From Myxococcales bacterium (GTDB taxonomy: Bacteria; Myxococcota; Myxococcia; Myxococcales; Myxococcaceae), in assembly GCA_009885595.1 (NCBI GenBank), contig VFKJ01000517.1, forward strand, positions 1 to 35,905: 35,905 bases of DNA, read 5' to 3'. Position numbers and translations under genes: made by a program. Below the pieces are notes generated by a model. That model was not told where the DNA came from and searched no databases. It saw only the letters and a list, made by a program, of their open reading frames with translations. Positions 1 through 7,863 of this stretch are shown here, piece after piece. Each line of letters opens with the position of its first letter. Within the stretch, counting starts at the first letter, position 1.

Positions 1-1
1 C

Positions 2-532
2 CGGGTGGAGCGCATCGGCACGGTGGTCGAGGTGATCGACGAGATCGCCGACCGCTCCGACCTGCTCGCGCTCAACGCCGCGCTCGAAGGCTCGCGCGCG
101 GGTGAAGCGGGCAAGGGCTTCTCCATCGTCGCCGCCGAGATGCGGCGCCTGGCTGAGAACGTCCTGGACTCGACCAAGGAGATCAAGAACCTCATCACCG
201 AGATCCGCGAGGCCACCGCTGCTGCCGCCGCGGCCGCAGACGCGTCGCGCACCGCCACCGAGACGGGCGAGCGCCTGGGCTCCGTCGCCGCCAGCGCGGT
301 GGAAGGCATCCTCGCGGGCGTGCAGGAGACCAGCGACGCCGCCCGGGTGATCAACCTCGCCACCCAGCAGCAGCGCACGGCCACCGAGCAGGTGGTGGCC
401 TCGATGGCGGAGATCGAAGACGTCACCCGCCAGACCACGCAGGCCAGCAAGCAGGCCACCTCTGCCGCCGCCGAGCTCACCCAGCTCGCCAGCCGCCTGT
501 CGGATCTGATCAAGCGCTTCAAGGCGGACTGA
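2..532 (+). CDS. Methyl-accepting chemotaxis protein, C-terminal fragment (5' end lies outside the window)
   Basis: The frame is open to the window edge. The translation carries the conserved MCP signalling hairpin ([36 protein letters not shown]) and an Ala/Thr/Gln-rich methylation-helix region. Stop TGA at 530-532. Confidence 0.9.
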   Translation, partial: RVERIGTVVEVIDEIADRSDLLALNAALEGSRAGEAGKGFSIVAAEMRRLAENVLDSTKEIKNLITEIREATAAAAAAADASRTATETGERLGSVAASAVEGILAGVQETSDAARVINLATQQQRTATEQVVASMAEIEDVTRQTTQASKQATSAAAELTQLASRLSDLIKRFKAD

Positions 533-539
533 CGCCAAG

Positions 540-2801
540 GTGGATACCGAAGCCCTCAAGAAGTCCCTCCTGGTGAAGTTCGTGGAGGTGACGCAGGACC
601 GGCTGCAGGCCATTCAGCTGGGGATTCTCGATCTCGAGAAGCCCGAGTCGAACGCCGCGGCCGAGGGGGTGGCGCGCGAGCTCCACACCATGAAGGGCGA
701 GGCCCGCATGCTGGGGCTGGCGGCCATCGGCCAGCTGGCGCACTGCTGCGAAGACCTGCTCAAGGGCGAGCGCGAGCGGAAGGTCGAGACCCGGGCGGCC
801 ACCGATCTGCTGCTGCACGCCTGCGACTCGATCAGCGACCTGCTCGACGATCTCGAGGCGGCCAAGGAAGGCTCCGAGCAGTCCAACGAGATGGCCGGCA
901 AGCTCAGCCTGGCCTCTGGCATCGCGATGCCGCCGCTCAAGCCGGTCAGGAGCGGCTCGAAGAAGCTGCCCCCGCCGGGGAAGAAGCCTGAAGCGCCCGC
1001 TCCCTCGGCGCCCTCGCCCAGGCCCACGGCGCCCGGCGCGCCGCCCGCGCCTTCCAGCCCGCTGCCGCTGAAGACCGAAGAGCGCACGGACCGCGCCACG
1101 CCGATCGACCGCAGCATTCGCGTCAACGTGGAGATCCTCGACGCCCTGGGCCTGTTGGCGGGCGACCTGCTGGTCGAGAGCGCGCGCTCGGGCCTGCGGG
1201 GCGAGGAGATCCAGGGCCTGTTCGAGCGCTTCTCGCGCCTGGGCGACAACCTGCTGCGCATCTCCGAGCAGCAGCAACTCGACGAGAAGGAGCGCGAGCG
1301 GCTGGCGCAGATGGAGAGCGATCTCCACCTGCTGCGCGACGACGCCTTCCGCTTCGTGCGCAGCCACGCCGACGGGTTCAACACCCTGCACGGCAACCTC
1401 ACGCAGATGGCCGATCACGTGGCCGAGGCGCGGCTCATTCCGCTGGCGTCGGTGTTCGAGGCCTTCCCCCGCGCCGCGCGCGATCTCGCGCACGCTCAGA
1501 ACAAACACATCGAGCTGGTGGTGGACAACACCAACGCCGGCGTCGATCGCAGCCTGGTGGCCGATCTGCGCGACGCCCTGGTGCACCTGCTGCGCAACAG
1601 CGTCGACCACGGCATCGAGGGCCCCGACACCCGCAGCACCCTGGGCAAGCCCGAGACCGGGCGCATTCACCTGCGCGCCCGCGCCGACGGCGACATGCTG
1701 CACGTCGAGGTCGAAGACGACGGCCGCGGCATCGACCCCGACCGGCTGCGCCAGGTGGCGGTGAACAAGCGCCTGCTCAGCGAGGCGCAGGCGGCCTCGT
1801 TGTCCGAGCGCGAGGCGATGGAGCTGATCTTCAAGGCGGGCTTCTCCACCCGTGAAGAGGTCAGTGAGCTGTCGGGCCGCGGCGTCGGCATGGACGTGGT
1901 GAAGAGGAAGGTCGAGGCGCTGGGCGGCTCGGTGGCCGTCACCAGCCGCATCGGCCGCAGCACCACCGTCTCCCTGCGCCTGCCTCAATCGCTGGCGCTG
2001 ATGCGGGTGCTGCTCATTCGCATGGGCGACGACGTCTACGGCATGCCGGCCGCCGACGTCGAGGCGGTGGCCCGCTTCCGCCCCGAAGATCGCCTGGAGA
2101 TCATGGGCACGGTGGCGGTGATGCACCGCGGCCGTCCGGTGACGATGGTGGCCTTGGGGCCCCTGCTGGGGCTCAACGGCGGGCCCCGCTTCGAGCGCCC
2201 GCCGTGCGTGGTGGTGCGCTACGGCGAAGATCTCGCCGCCCTGGTGGTCGACGGCTTCGTCGACGAGCGCGAGGTGGCGGTCAAGCCCATGGGCGGCGAC
2301 TTCCTCAAGGGTGCGCCCTTCGTGGCGGGCTCCGCGGCGCTGGAAGACGGGCGCATCGCGGTGCTGCTGCACGTGCCCGACATCATGACCGAGGTGCGCA
2401 AGATGGCGCGGCCGGTCACGGACACCCAGGCGACGCGGCGCCTCAAGGTGCTGCTGGTAGACGACTCGCCCATCGCCCGGGCCACCGAGAGCGCGCTGGT
2501 TCGCGCGCTGGGGCACACGGTGGAAGAGGCGCAGGACGGCGAAGATGGGTGGACCAAGCTGCAGGGCTCGGTGTTCGACCTCATCCTCACCGACGTGCAG
2601 ATGCCCCGCCTCGACGGCTTCAGCTTGACGCGGCGGATCAAGCAGTCCGCCGAGCTGGCGAAGGTGCCGGTAGTGATCCTGTCCTCGCTCGCCTCGCCGG
2701 AAGACAAGCGGCGCGGCCTCGACGCGGGCGCGGACGCGTATCTGATCAAGGGCGAGCTCGGGGTGGAGAGTCTGGCGCTCACCATCGATCGACTCACGTG
2801 A
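540..2801 (+). CDS. cheA: CheA histidine kinase fused to a C-terminal receiver domain (CheA-CheY hybrid, FrzE-like)
   Basis: GTG start. HPt motif HTMKGEARMLGL. Ala/Pro-rich linker (PPPGKKPEAPAPSAPSPRPTAPGAPPAPSSP). HATPase motifs HLLRNSVDHGIE, DDGRGID and GRGVGMDVVK. A CheW-like domain follows. The REC domain has LLVDDS, LILTDVQMPRLDG, ILSS and YLIKG. Confidence 0.93.
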   Translation: MDTEALKKSLLVKFVEVTQDRLQAIQLGILDLEKPESNAAAEGVARELHTMKGEARMLGLAAIGQLAHCCEDLLKGERERKVETRAATDLLLHACDSISDLLDDLEAAKEGSEQSNEMAGKLSLASGIAMPPLKPVRSGSKKLPPPGKKPEAPAPSAPSPRPTAPGAPPAPSSPLPLKTEERTDRATPIDRSIRVNVEILDALGLLAGDLLVESARSGLRGEEIQGLFERFSRLGDNLLRISEQQQLDEKERERLAQMESDLHLLRDDAFRFVRSHADGFNTLHGNLTQMADHVAEARLIPLASVFEAFPRAARDLAHAQNKHIELVVDNTNAGVDRSLVADLRDALVHLLRNSVDHGIEGPDTRSTLGKPETGRIHLRARADGDMLHVEVEDDGRGIDPDRLRQVAVNKRLLSEAQAASLSEREAMELIFKAGFSTREEVSELSGRGVGMDVVKRKVEALGGSVAVTSRIGRSTTVSLRLPQSLALMRVLLIRMGDDVYGMPAADVEAVARFRPEDRLEIMGTVAVMHRGRPVTMVALGPLLGLNGGPRFERPPCVVVRYGEDLAALVVDGFVDEREVAVKPMGGDFLKGAPFVAGSAALEDGRIAVLLHVPDIMTEVRKMARPVTDTQATRRLKVLLVDDSPIARATESALVRALGHTVEEAQDGEDGWTKLQGSVFDLILTDVQMPRLDGFSLTRRIKQSAELAKVPVVILSSLASPEDKRRGLDAGADAYLIKGELGVESLALTIDRLT

Positions 2802-3799
2802 CCTGCTCCGTTCTCCTCGTCGACACCAGCGGCACTGCAGGAGCCCGCTACGGCGGGGTCTTCCGGGGGGAGCTGACCCCGGCGGCTGAGCCGGTCCCGC
2901 CCAGCCTCGCGCTCGAGGCCTGTCGCCGGCTCGACCCCAAGCTGCTGCTGGTGGAGGTGGTGGGGCCAGCGATCGACGTGCTGCGCCTGGTGGAGCGGGT
3001 GATGTCGGACTCTCCGCGGCCCATCGTGCTGCTGGTGACCTCGCCGGCGGCGCGGCAGGCGGCCTTCGAGCTGCTCGACGCCGGCGCCCTCGACGTGGTG
3101 TCGGTGCCGCAGCAGCTCACCCCCGAACAGGAAGCCACCCTGCGCAAGCAGCTGGTGCTGCTCTCCTCGGTCTCCATCGTGCGCCACCCGCGCGGCCGCA
3201 AGCGCCGCACCTCGGCGGGGTTGCCGCTGGTGCGCCCCGACTTCTTCGTGGTGGCGATCGCCGCTTCCCTGGGCGGCCCCAAGGCGCTCGCCGAGGTGCT
3301 CGCCGATCTCCCGCAGGACTTCCCCGCGCCGGTGGTGATCTGCCAGCACATCACCCCGGGCTTCTCCGACGATCTGGCGCGCTGGCTGGCGCACGAGACC
3401 GGCCACCGCGTGCACGAGGCCACCGACGGCCAGCGCCTGGTGAAGTCGGAGTTCTTCGTCGCGCCCAGCCACCTGCACCTGGTGGTCAGCCCCGGCGGGG
3501 TGGTGCGCCTGGACGACAACCCGCCCATCGGCGGCTTCAAGCCCTCGTGCGATCTGCTGCTGCGCAGCGTCGCCCAGAGTTTCTCCCATCGGGCGATCGG
3601 CGTCGTACTCACCGGCATGGGCCGGGACGGCGCCAGGGGGCTCCAGGAGATCCGCAAGGCGGGCGGGCACACCATCGCGCAGGACAAGGCTTCCAGCGTG
3701 GTGTTCGGCATGCCGGGGGAAGCCGTGGCCCTGGGCGCCGCGGAGCAGGTGCTGCCGCTCGACGCCATCGGCGCCCAGCTCGTGAGGTGGGTGTCATGA
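2798..3799 (+). CDS. cheB: Protein-glutamate methylesterase CheB with a degenerate N-terminal receiver domain
   Basis: The GTG at 2798 overlaps the cheA stop (GTGA). The C-terminal CheB_methylest domain shows AIAASLGGPKAL, GFKPSCDLLLRS, VLTGMGRDG and SVVFGMPGEA. The track ORF starting at 2204 is only an upstream in-frame extension inside cheA. Confidence 0.9.
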   Translation: MTCSVLLVDTSGTAGARYGGVFRGELTPAAEPVPPSLALEACRRLDPKLLLVEVVGPAIDVLRLVERVMSDSPRPIVLLVTSPAARQAAFELLDAGALDVVSVPQQLTPEQEATLRKQLVLLSSVSIVRHPRGRKRRTSAGLPLVRPDFFVVAIAASLGGPKALAEVLADLPQDFPAPVVICQHITPGFSDDLARWLAHETGHRVHEATDGQRLVKSEFFVAPSHLHLVVSPGGVVRLDDNPPIGGFKPSCDLLLRSVAQSFSHRAIGVVLTGMGRDGARGLQEIRKAGGHTIAQDKASSVVFGMPGEAVALGAAEQVLPLDAIGAQLVRWVS

Positions 3800-3812
3800 T
3801 CGGGGGCGCCTC

Positions 3813-5345
3813 ATGACCCTGAGCATCGAGCGGCCCTCCCTCGAGCAACTGGCGGCGCTGCTGCTGGAGCGCGCGGGCCTCAAGATCACCCCCGACGGGT
3901 ACTACGGGCTGCGCCTGGCGTTGCAGGCGCGCATGCCGGCGCTGGGCATCACCGATTCCGCCGAGTACGTGGGCCGGCTCAAGCAGCGCGCCGGCGAGCA
4001 GGAACTGCGCTCGCTCATTCCGCTGGTGACCGTCGGCAAGACCGAGTTCTTCCGCGACACCCGCCAGTTCCTCGCCTTCGAGAAGAACGTGCTGCCGCAG
4101 GTGATGGAGCGCGGGCGCCTCGAGGGCCGGCAGACGCGGCTGTGGTCGGCCGGCTGCGCGACGGGTGAAGAGCCGTATTCGCTGGCGATGGTGGCGCTGG
4201 AGCGGGGCGAGACGCCCGCCACCGCCGACGTGTGGGCGACCGATCTCAACCCCGCGGCCACCGAGTCCGCCGCGCGGGCGTTCTTCCCCGCGCGCCGCCT
4301 GGTGGGCGTGAGCGAAGAGCGCATCGCGCGCTTCTTCAAGGAGGTGGAGGGCGGCTACGAGCTCGTTCAGCCCGTGCGCGATCTCATTCGCTTCGAGGGC
4401 CACAACCTCGCAGCTCCGATGTGGACGCAGGTGCAGGCGAAATCGCTCGACGTGATCTTCTGCCGCAACGTGATCATCTACTTCGATCAGCCCACCATCG
4501 TGGGCGTGATGGAGCGCTTCTACGAGTCGCTGCGCCCCGGCGGGTGGATGTTCCTGGGGTACTCCGAGAGCCTGTTCAAGATCAGCACGCGCTTCGAGAT
4601 GGTCGAGGTGGGCGGCACCTTCGCCTACCAGCGGCCGCTCCAGCCCAACCGCCGGGCGCCCGCGCCGGTGACCACCGTGGTGCGGCCGTCGGCGCCTCCG
4701 CCCCCGCAGCGCTCTCCCACCGACGTGGAGTCGGTGCTGCGCAACCTGAAGCGGCAGGCGGCGATCGTGCCTGCGCCGCCCCGGCCCTCCGCCCCACCTC
4801 AGCCGCTCCTTCGCCCGCGGCCGCCCCCGCGCAAGACGCCGGTCGAGCGGCTGGCCGAGGTGGTGGAGGCGATCGAGAAGGGCGACTTCCCCAAGGCGCT
4901 GCGCACGGTGCGCGCCCTGGCGGACGAGGAGCCCGACGATCTCGCCGCGCGGCTGACCTTGGGCAACGTGCACGCGCTGATGGGCAACCTCGACGAGGCG
5001 CGCGAGGCGTACCAGTACGCGCTGTCTCGCGAGGCGCTCTGCGTGGAAGCGCGGCTCTACACCGCCCTGGCCGAGATGCAGGGCGGGCAGCTGGAAGACG
5101 CGAAGCTCGAGCTCACCCGCGCGTTGTTCCTCGAGCCCACCCTGGCGGTGGGGCATTACCTGCTCGGCCAGGTCAACGAGCGGCGCGGCGACAACGACGG
5201 AGCGCTGCGCGCCTACCGGAACGCGATCTCGCAGCGCAAGCAGCCCAAGCATGACTTGATTGGGCATTTCCCCGATCTGCCCCGCAGCAACGAGGCCATC
5301 GCCCAGGCCGCCCAGTACCGCCTGGCGGCGCTGTCCGAGAGGTAG
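3813..5345 (+). CDS. cheR: Chemotaxis methyltransferase CheR with a Pro-rich linker and C-terminal TPR repeats (FrzF-like)
   Basis: CheR motifs TEFFRD, LWSAGCATGEEPYSLAM, IFCRNVIIYFD and GGWMFLGYSE. The C-terminal roughly 150 aa has a TPR-like pattern (LGNVHALMGNLDEAREAYQYAL and GHYLLGQVNERRGDNDGALRAYRNAI). Confidence 0.92.
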   Translation: MTLSIERPSLEQLAALLLERAGLKITPDGYYGLRLALQARMPALGITDSAEYVGRLKQRAGEQELRSLIPLVTVGKTEFFRDTRQFLAFEKNVLPQVMERGRLEGRQTRLWSAGCATGEEPYSLAMVALERGETPATADVWATDLNPAATESAARAFFPARRLVGVSEERIARFFKEVEGGYELVQPVRDLIRFEGHNLAAPMWTQVQAKSLDVIFCRNVIIYFDQPTIVGVMERFYESLRPGGWMFLGYSESLFKISTRFEMVEVGGTFAYQRPLQPNRRAPAPVTTVVRPSAPPPPQRSPTDVESVLRNLKRQAAIVPAPPRPSAPPQPLLRPRPPPRKTPVERLAEVVEAIEKGDFPKALRTVRALADEEPDDLAARLTLGNVHALMGNLDEAREAYQYALSREALCVEARLYTALAEMQGGQLEDAKLELTRALFLEPTLAVGHYLLGQVNERRGDNDGALRAYRNAISQRKQPKHDLIGHFPDLPRSNEAIAQAAQYRLAALSER

Positions 5346-5439
5346 GTTGCCGGGCGGGGCCGCTCGTGTTTAAGAGACGCCCCCCGCCGGTCCATTGGGA
5401 TTTTCCCGATGCAAGGTGGCCTTGAAAGGTCGTCCCGCA

Positions 5440-5664
5440 ATGAAAGCCGACATCCACCCCGTCTATCCGCCCTCTCGCATCACCTGCGCTTGCGGGAACA
5501 TGGTCGAGACCCGCTCCACCCGCGGCTCTTTCTCCGTTGAAGTGTGCTCGAACTGCCACCCGTTCTTCACCGGCAAGTACAAGCTGATGGACACGCAGGG
5601 CCGCATCGACCGCTTCAAGAAGAAGTACGACACCAAGAAGGGCGCGACCCCGAAGGCCTCGTAA
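5440..5664 (+). CDS. rpmE: 50S ribosomal protein L31 (Zn-ribbon type)
   Basis: MKADIHPVY...TCACGN...[11 protein letters not shown]...[10 protein letters not shown] is the canonical L31 sequence. ATG at 5440. The track ORF starting at 5395 is an upstream extension. Confidence 0.95.
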   Translation: MKADIHPVYPPSRITCACGNMVETRSTRGSFSVEVCSNCHPFFTGKYKLMDTQGRIDRFKKKYDTKKGATPKAS

Positions 5665-5693
5665 GGGACGCCTCGTCGCTGTTGAACGAGAGA

Positions 5694-5727
5694 GGCCGAT
5701 GGGGCTCGTCCCCGTCGGCCTTTTTTC
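5694..5727 (+). terminator. Rho-independent terminator downstream of rpmE
   Basis: GGCCGATGGGG (5694-5704), loop ctcgt, then CCCCGTCGGCC (5710-5720). This forms an 11-bp stem with one G:U pair, followed by TTTTTT (5721-5726). Confidence 0.8.
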
Positions 5728-5769
5728 ATGCGGTAGCGCCGGTCTCGCCAAGCGGCTATCCACCCCGCG

Positions 5770-6876
5770 GTGAGCGAGCAAAGCGCAGTCCGTCAGCCGT
5801 ACATCGGTGGCCAGGCCGTGATCGAGGGCGTGATGATGCGCAGCCCCAGGTCCTTCGTGGTGGCGGTGCGTCGCCACGTGGGCGGCATCGCCCTTCGGGA
5901 GCAGGAGTGGCGGCAGCTGCTGCCCTCGCTCAAGTTCCTGCGCTGGCCCGTCTTCCGCGGTGCGCTGGTGCTGGCGGAGTCGCTGCACAACGGCTTCTCG
6001 GCGCTCAAGTTCTCGGGCGATCACGGGCTGCCGCCGGAAGAGCAGGGTGGAAAGAACAAGGGCGTGAGCACCTCGGCGTTCCTCGCCTTCCTGCTCTCGG
6101 CGGTCGTCTCAGGCGCCGATTCGGATCCGAGCCCCACTCCTCCGACCGACGGGAAGAAGGAGAGCACCACCGGCGCCGACGTGATGCTCGGGGTGGCGAC
6201 CCTGATGATGGTGCTGTTCTTCATCGGGCTGCCGCACGCGCTCACCTGGCTGGTGGGACGGGCGATCGGCCCCGGCTTCGACACCACCAGCTTCTCGTTT
6301 CACCTCGTCGACGGGCTCTTCCGGGTGGGGATCCTCGTCGGCTACGTCTGGGTGCTCTCGAAGACCAAGGACGCCTCGGTGCTGTTCCGGTACCACGGGG
6401 CTGAACACAAGGCGATTTGGACCTACGAGTCGTACCAGCCGCTCACCGTCGAGCAGGCGCGCCCCTTCACCACCCGCCACCCTCGCTGCGGCACCAGCTT
6501 CCTCTTCATCGTGGTGGGCGTGGCGGTGCTGCTGCACGTGGCGCTGTTGCCCTTCGTGCCGCGGCTGCACGCGAACGACTTCGTCAACCAGCTGCTGATG
6601 GTGTTCATCAAGGTGCCGATGGCGTTCCCCATCGCAGGCATCGCGTACGAGCTGCAGCGGTGGAGCGCGAAGGACTCGTGCCCAGCGTTCATCAAGGCCC
6701 TCACCCGGCCGGGCATCTGGTTGCAGAAGATCACCACCCAGCCGCCCACCGACGCCCAGCAGGAGATCGCCCTGCTCTCGCTCGACCACGCGCTCGCGCG
6801 GGAAGAGGGCAAGCCGAAGTCGCCCGAAGGCGTGTCGCTCTACGAGACGTTCGAGCAGGCCGCGGCCAGAAATTAG
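5770..6876 (+). CDS. DUF1385-family membrane protein
   Basis: Family hallmarks YIGGQAVIEGVMMRSP, YHGAEHKAI and HPRCGTSFL, with several hydrophobic helices. GTG start. High GC3. Confidence 0.85.
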   Translation: MSEQSAVRQPYIGGQAVIEGVMMRSPRSFVVAVRRHVGGIALREQEWRQLLPSLKFLRWPVFRGALVLAESLHNGFSALKFSGDHGLPPEEQGGKNKGVSTSAFLAFLLSAVVSGADSDPSPTPPTDGKKESTTGADVMLGVATLMMVLFFIGLPHALTWLVGRAIGPGFDTTSFSFHLVDGLFRVGILVGYVWVLSKTKDASVLFRYHGAEHKAIWTYESYQPLTVEQARPFTTRHPRCGTSFLFIVVGVAVLLHVALLPFVPRLHANDFVNQLLMVFIKVPMAFPIAGIAYELQRWSAKDSCPAFIKALTRPGIWLQKITTQPPTDAQQEIALLSLDHALAREEGKPKSPEGVSLYETFEQAAARN

Positions 6877-6950
6877 ACAGCGATCCATCTTCCCGTACCG
6901 TATCGATCAGGCCTGTAGCACTCGCGGCCTTCACTCGATTCGGAGGTTGG

Positions 6951-7820
6951 ATGTCTTCAACGATCTCGATCGCGCGTCCTCGCGCGACGTCGGAGCTTTC
7001 GGAGTCTGTCTACGCGCGCAGCAAGGACTACGTCCTCTACAAGGGCGACTCGCTCGCGCTGCTCGATCGCTTCGAAGACCAGACGTTCGACATGATCTTC
7101 GCCGACCCGCCGTACTTCCTTTCCAACGGCGGCTTCACCTGCGCCAGCGGCAAGCGGGTGGCGGTGAAGAAGGGCGACTGGGACACCAGCAAGGGCATCG
7201 AGGCCGACCACGAGTTCACCTCGGCGTGGCTTCGGGCCTGCCAGCGGCTGCTCAAGCCCAGCGGCTCGATCTGGGTCTCCGGCACCCAGCACGTGATCTT
7301 CTCGGTCGGCTTCGCCATGCAGCAGCTCGGCTACAAGCTGCTCAACACCGTCACCTGGTACAAGCCCAACGCCAGCCCGCACCTGGCGTGCCGCTACTTC
7401 ACCCACTCGACCGAGATCCTGGTGTGGGCCTCGCCCCCGGTGAAGGGGAAGCTGCAGCACAAGTTCAACTACAAGGACATGAAGGCGGCCAACGGCGGCA
7501 AGCAGATGCGCGACGCCTGGGTGTTGCCGAAGACCGGCGAGGAGGAGCTCGACGCCGAGGGGGAAGGGCACCTGTGGTCGATGACCTCGCCCAAGCCCAG
7601 CGAGAAGTCGCACGGCAAGCATCCGACTCAGAAGCCGATCGCGCTGCTCGAGCGGCTCGTCGATGCATGCACCGATGACGACGCGCTGATTCTGGATCCG
7701 TTCTGTGGATCGGGGACGACCGGGGTGGCGGCGGTGGGGAAGGGGCGAAGGTTCGTGGGCATCGACATGGATCCCACGTACCTGGAGCTCACCAGGAAGC
7801 GGATTGAGGCGGTGAGGTAG
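6951..7820 (+). CDS. Beta-class N6-adenine (N4/N6 family) DNA methyltransferase, CcrM/M.HinfI-like, with no adjacent restriction gene
   Basis: GGAGG (6942-6946) lies upstream of the ATG at 6951. Catalytic motif FADPPYF. Further motifs FTHSTEILVWA, FNYKDMKAANGGKQMRDAW and HPTQKPIALLERLV. AdoMet motif ILDPFCGSGTTG. The motif order (DPPY before FxGxG) indicates the beta class. Confidence 0.88.
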   Translation: MSSTISIARPRATSELSESVYARSKDYVLYKGDSLALLDRFEDQTFDMIFADPPYFLSNGGFTCASGKRVAVKKGDWDTSKGIEADHEFTSAWLRACQRLLKPSGSIWVSGTQHVIFSVGFAMQQLGYKLLNTVTWYKPNASPHLACRYFTHSTEILVWASPPVKGKLQHKFNYKDMKAANGGKQMRDAWVLPKTGEEELDAEGEGHLWSMTSPKPSEKSHGKHPTQKPIALLERLVDACTDDDALILDPFCGSGTTGVAAVGKGRRFVGIDMDPTYLELTRKRIEAVR

Positions 7821-7821
7821 T

Positions 7822-7861
7822 CAGCCCCTCACCCCGACCCTCTCCCCTGCAGGGGAGAGGG
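7822..7861 (+). repeat. REP-like C-rich palindromic element, copy A (probable bidirectional terminator)
   Basis: Sequence CAGCCCCTCACCCCGACCCTCTCCCCTGCAGGGGAGAGGG. It contains a perfect 24-nt palindrome at 7838-7861. It fills the 43-bp gap between the convergent methyltransferase and pepA genes. Confidence 0.8.
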
Positions 7862-7863
7862 AG

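Noticed and set aside
519-2516. 665-aa minus-strand ORF antisense to cheA, together with 614..1402 and 1667..1966
   Set aside because: The composition is Arg/Ala/Gly/His/Leu-rich with no motifs. It lies exactly opposite a gene with unambiguous CheA motifs. This is a typical high-GC shadow ORF.
2204-2797. Upstream 198-codon extension of the cheB ORF in the track (ORF 2204..3799)
   Set aside because: The extension is an Arg/Gly/Ala-rich out-of-frame read of the cheA receiver domain. A GTG at 2798 overlapping the cheA stop gives a normal-length CheB.
3609-5267. 552-aa minus-strand ORF, and 4232..5254 on the plus strand, overlapping cheR
   Set aside because: These are shadow or alternative-frame ORFs with Arg/Pro/Gly-rich low-complexity translations. 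The CheR frame carries all the conserved motifs.
5346-5395. Possible hairpin terminator after cheR (CCGGGCGGGG ... CCCCCGCCGG)
   Set aside because: The arms are not properly complementary, with two central mismatches. The loop is about 20 nt and there is no T-tract.
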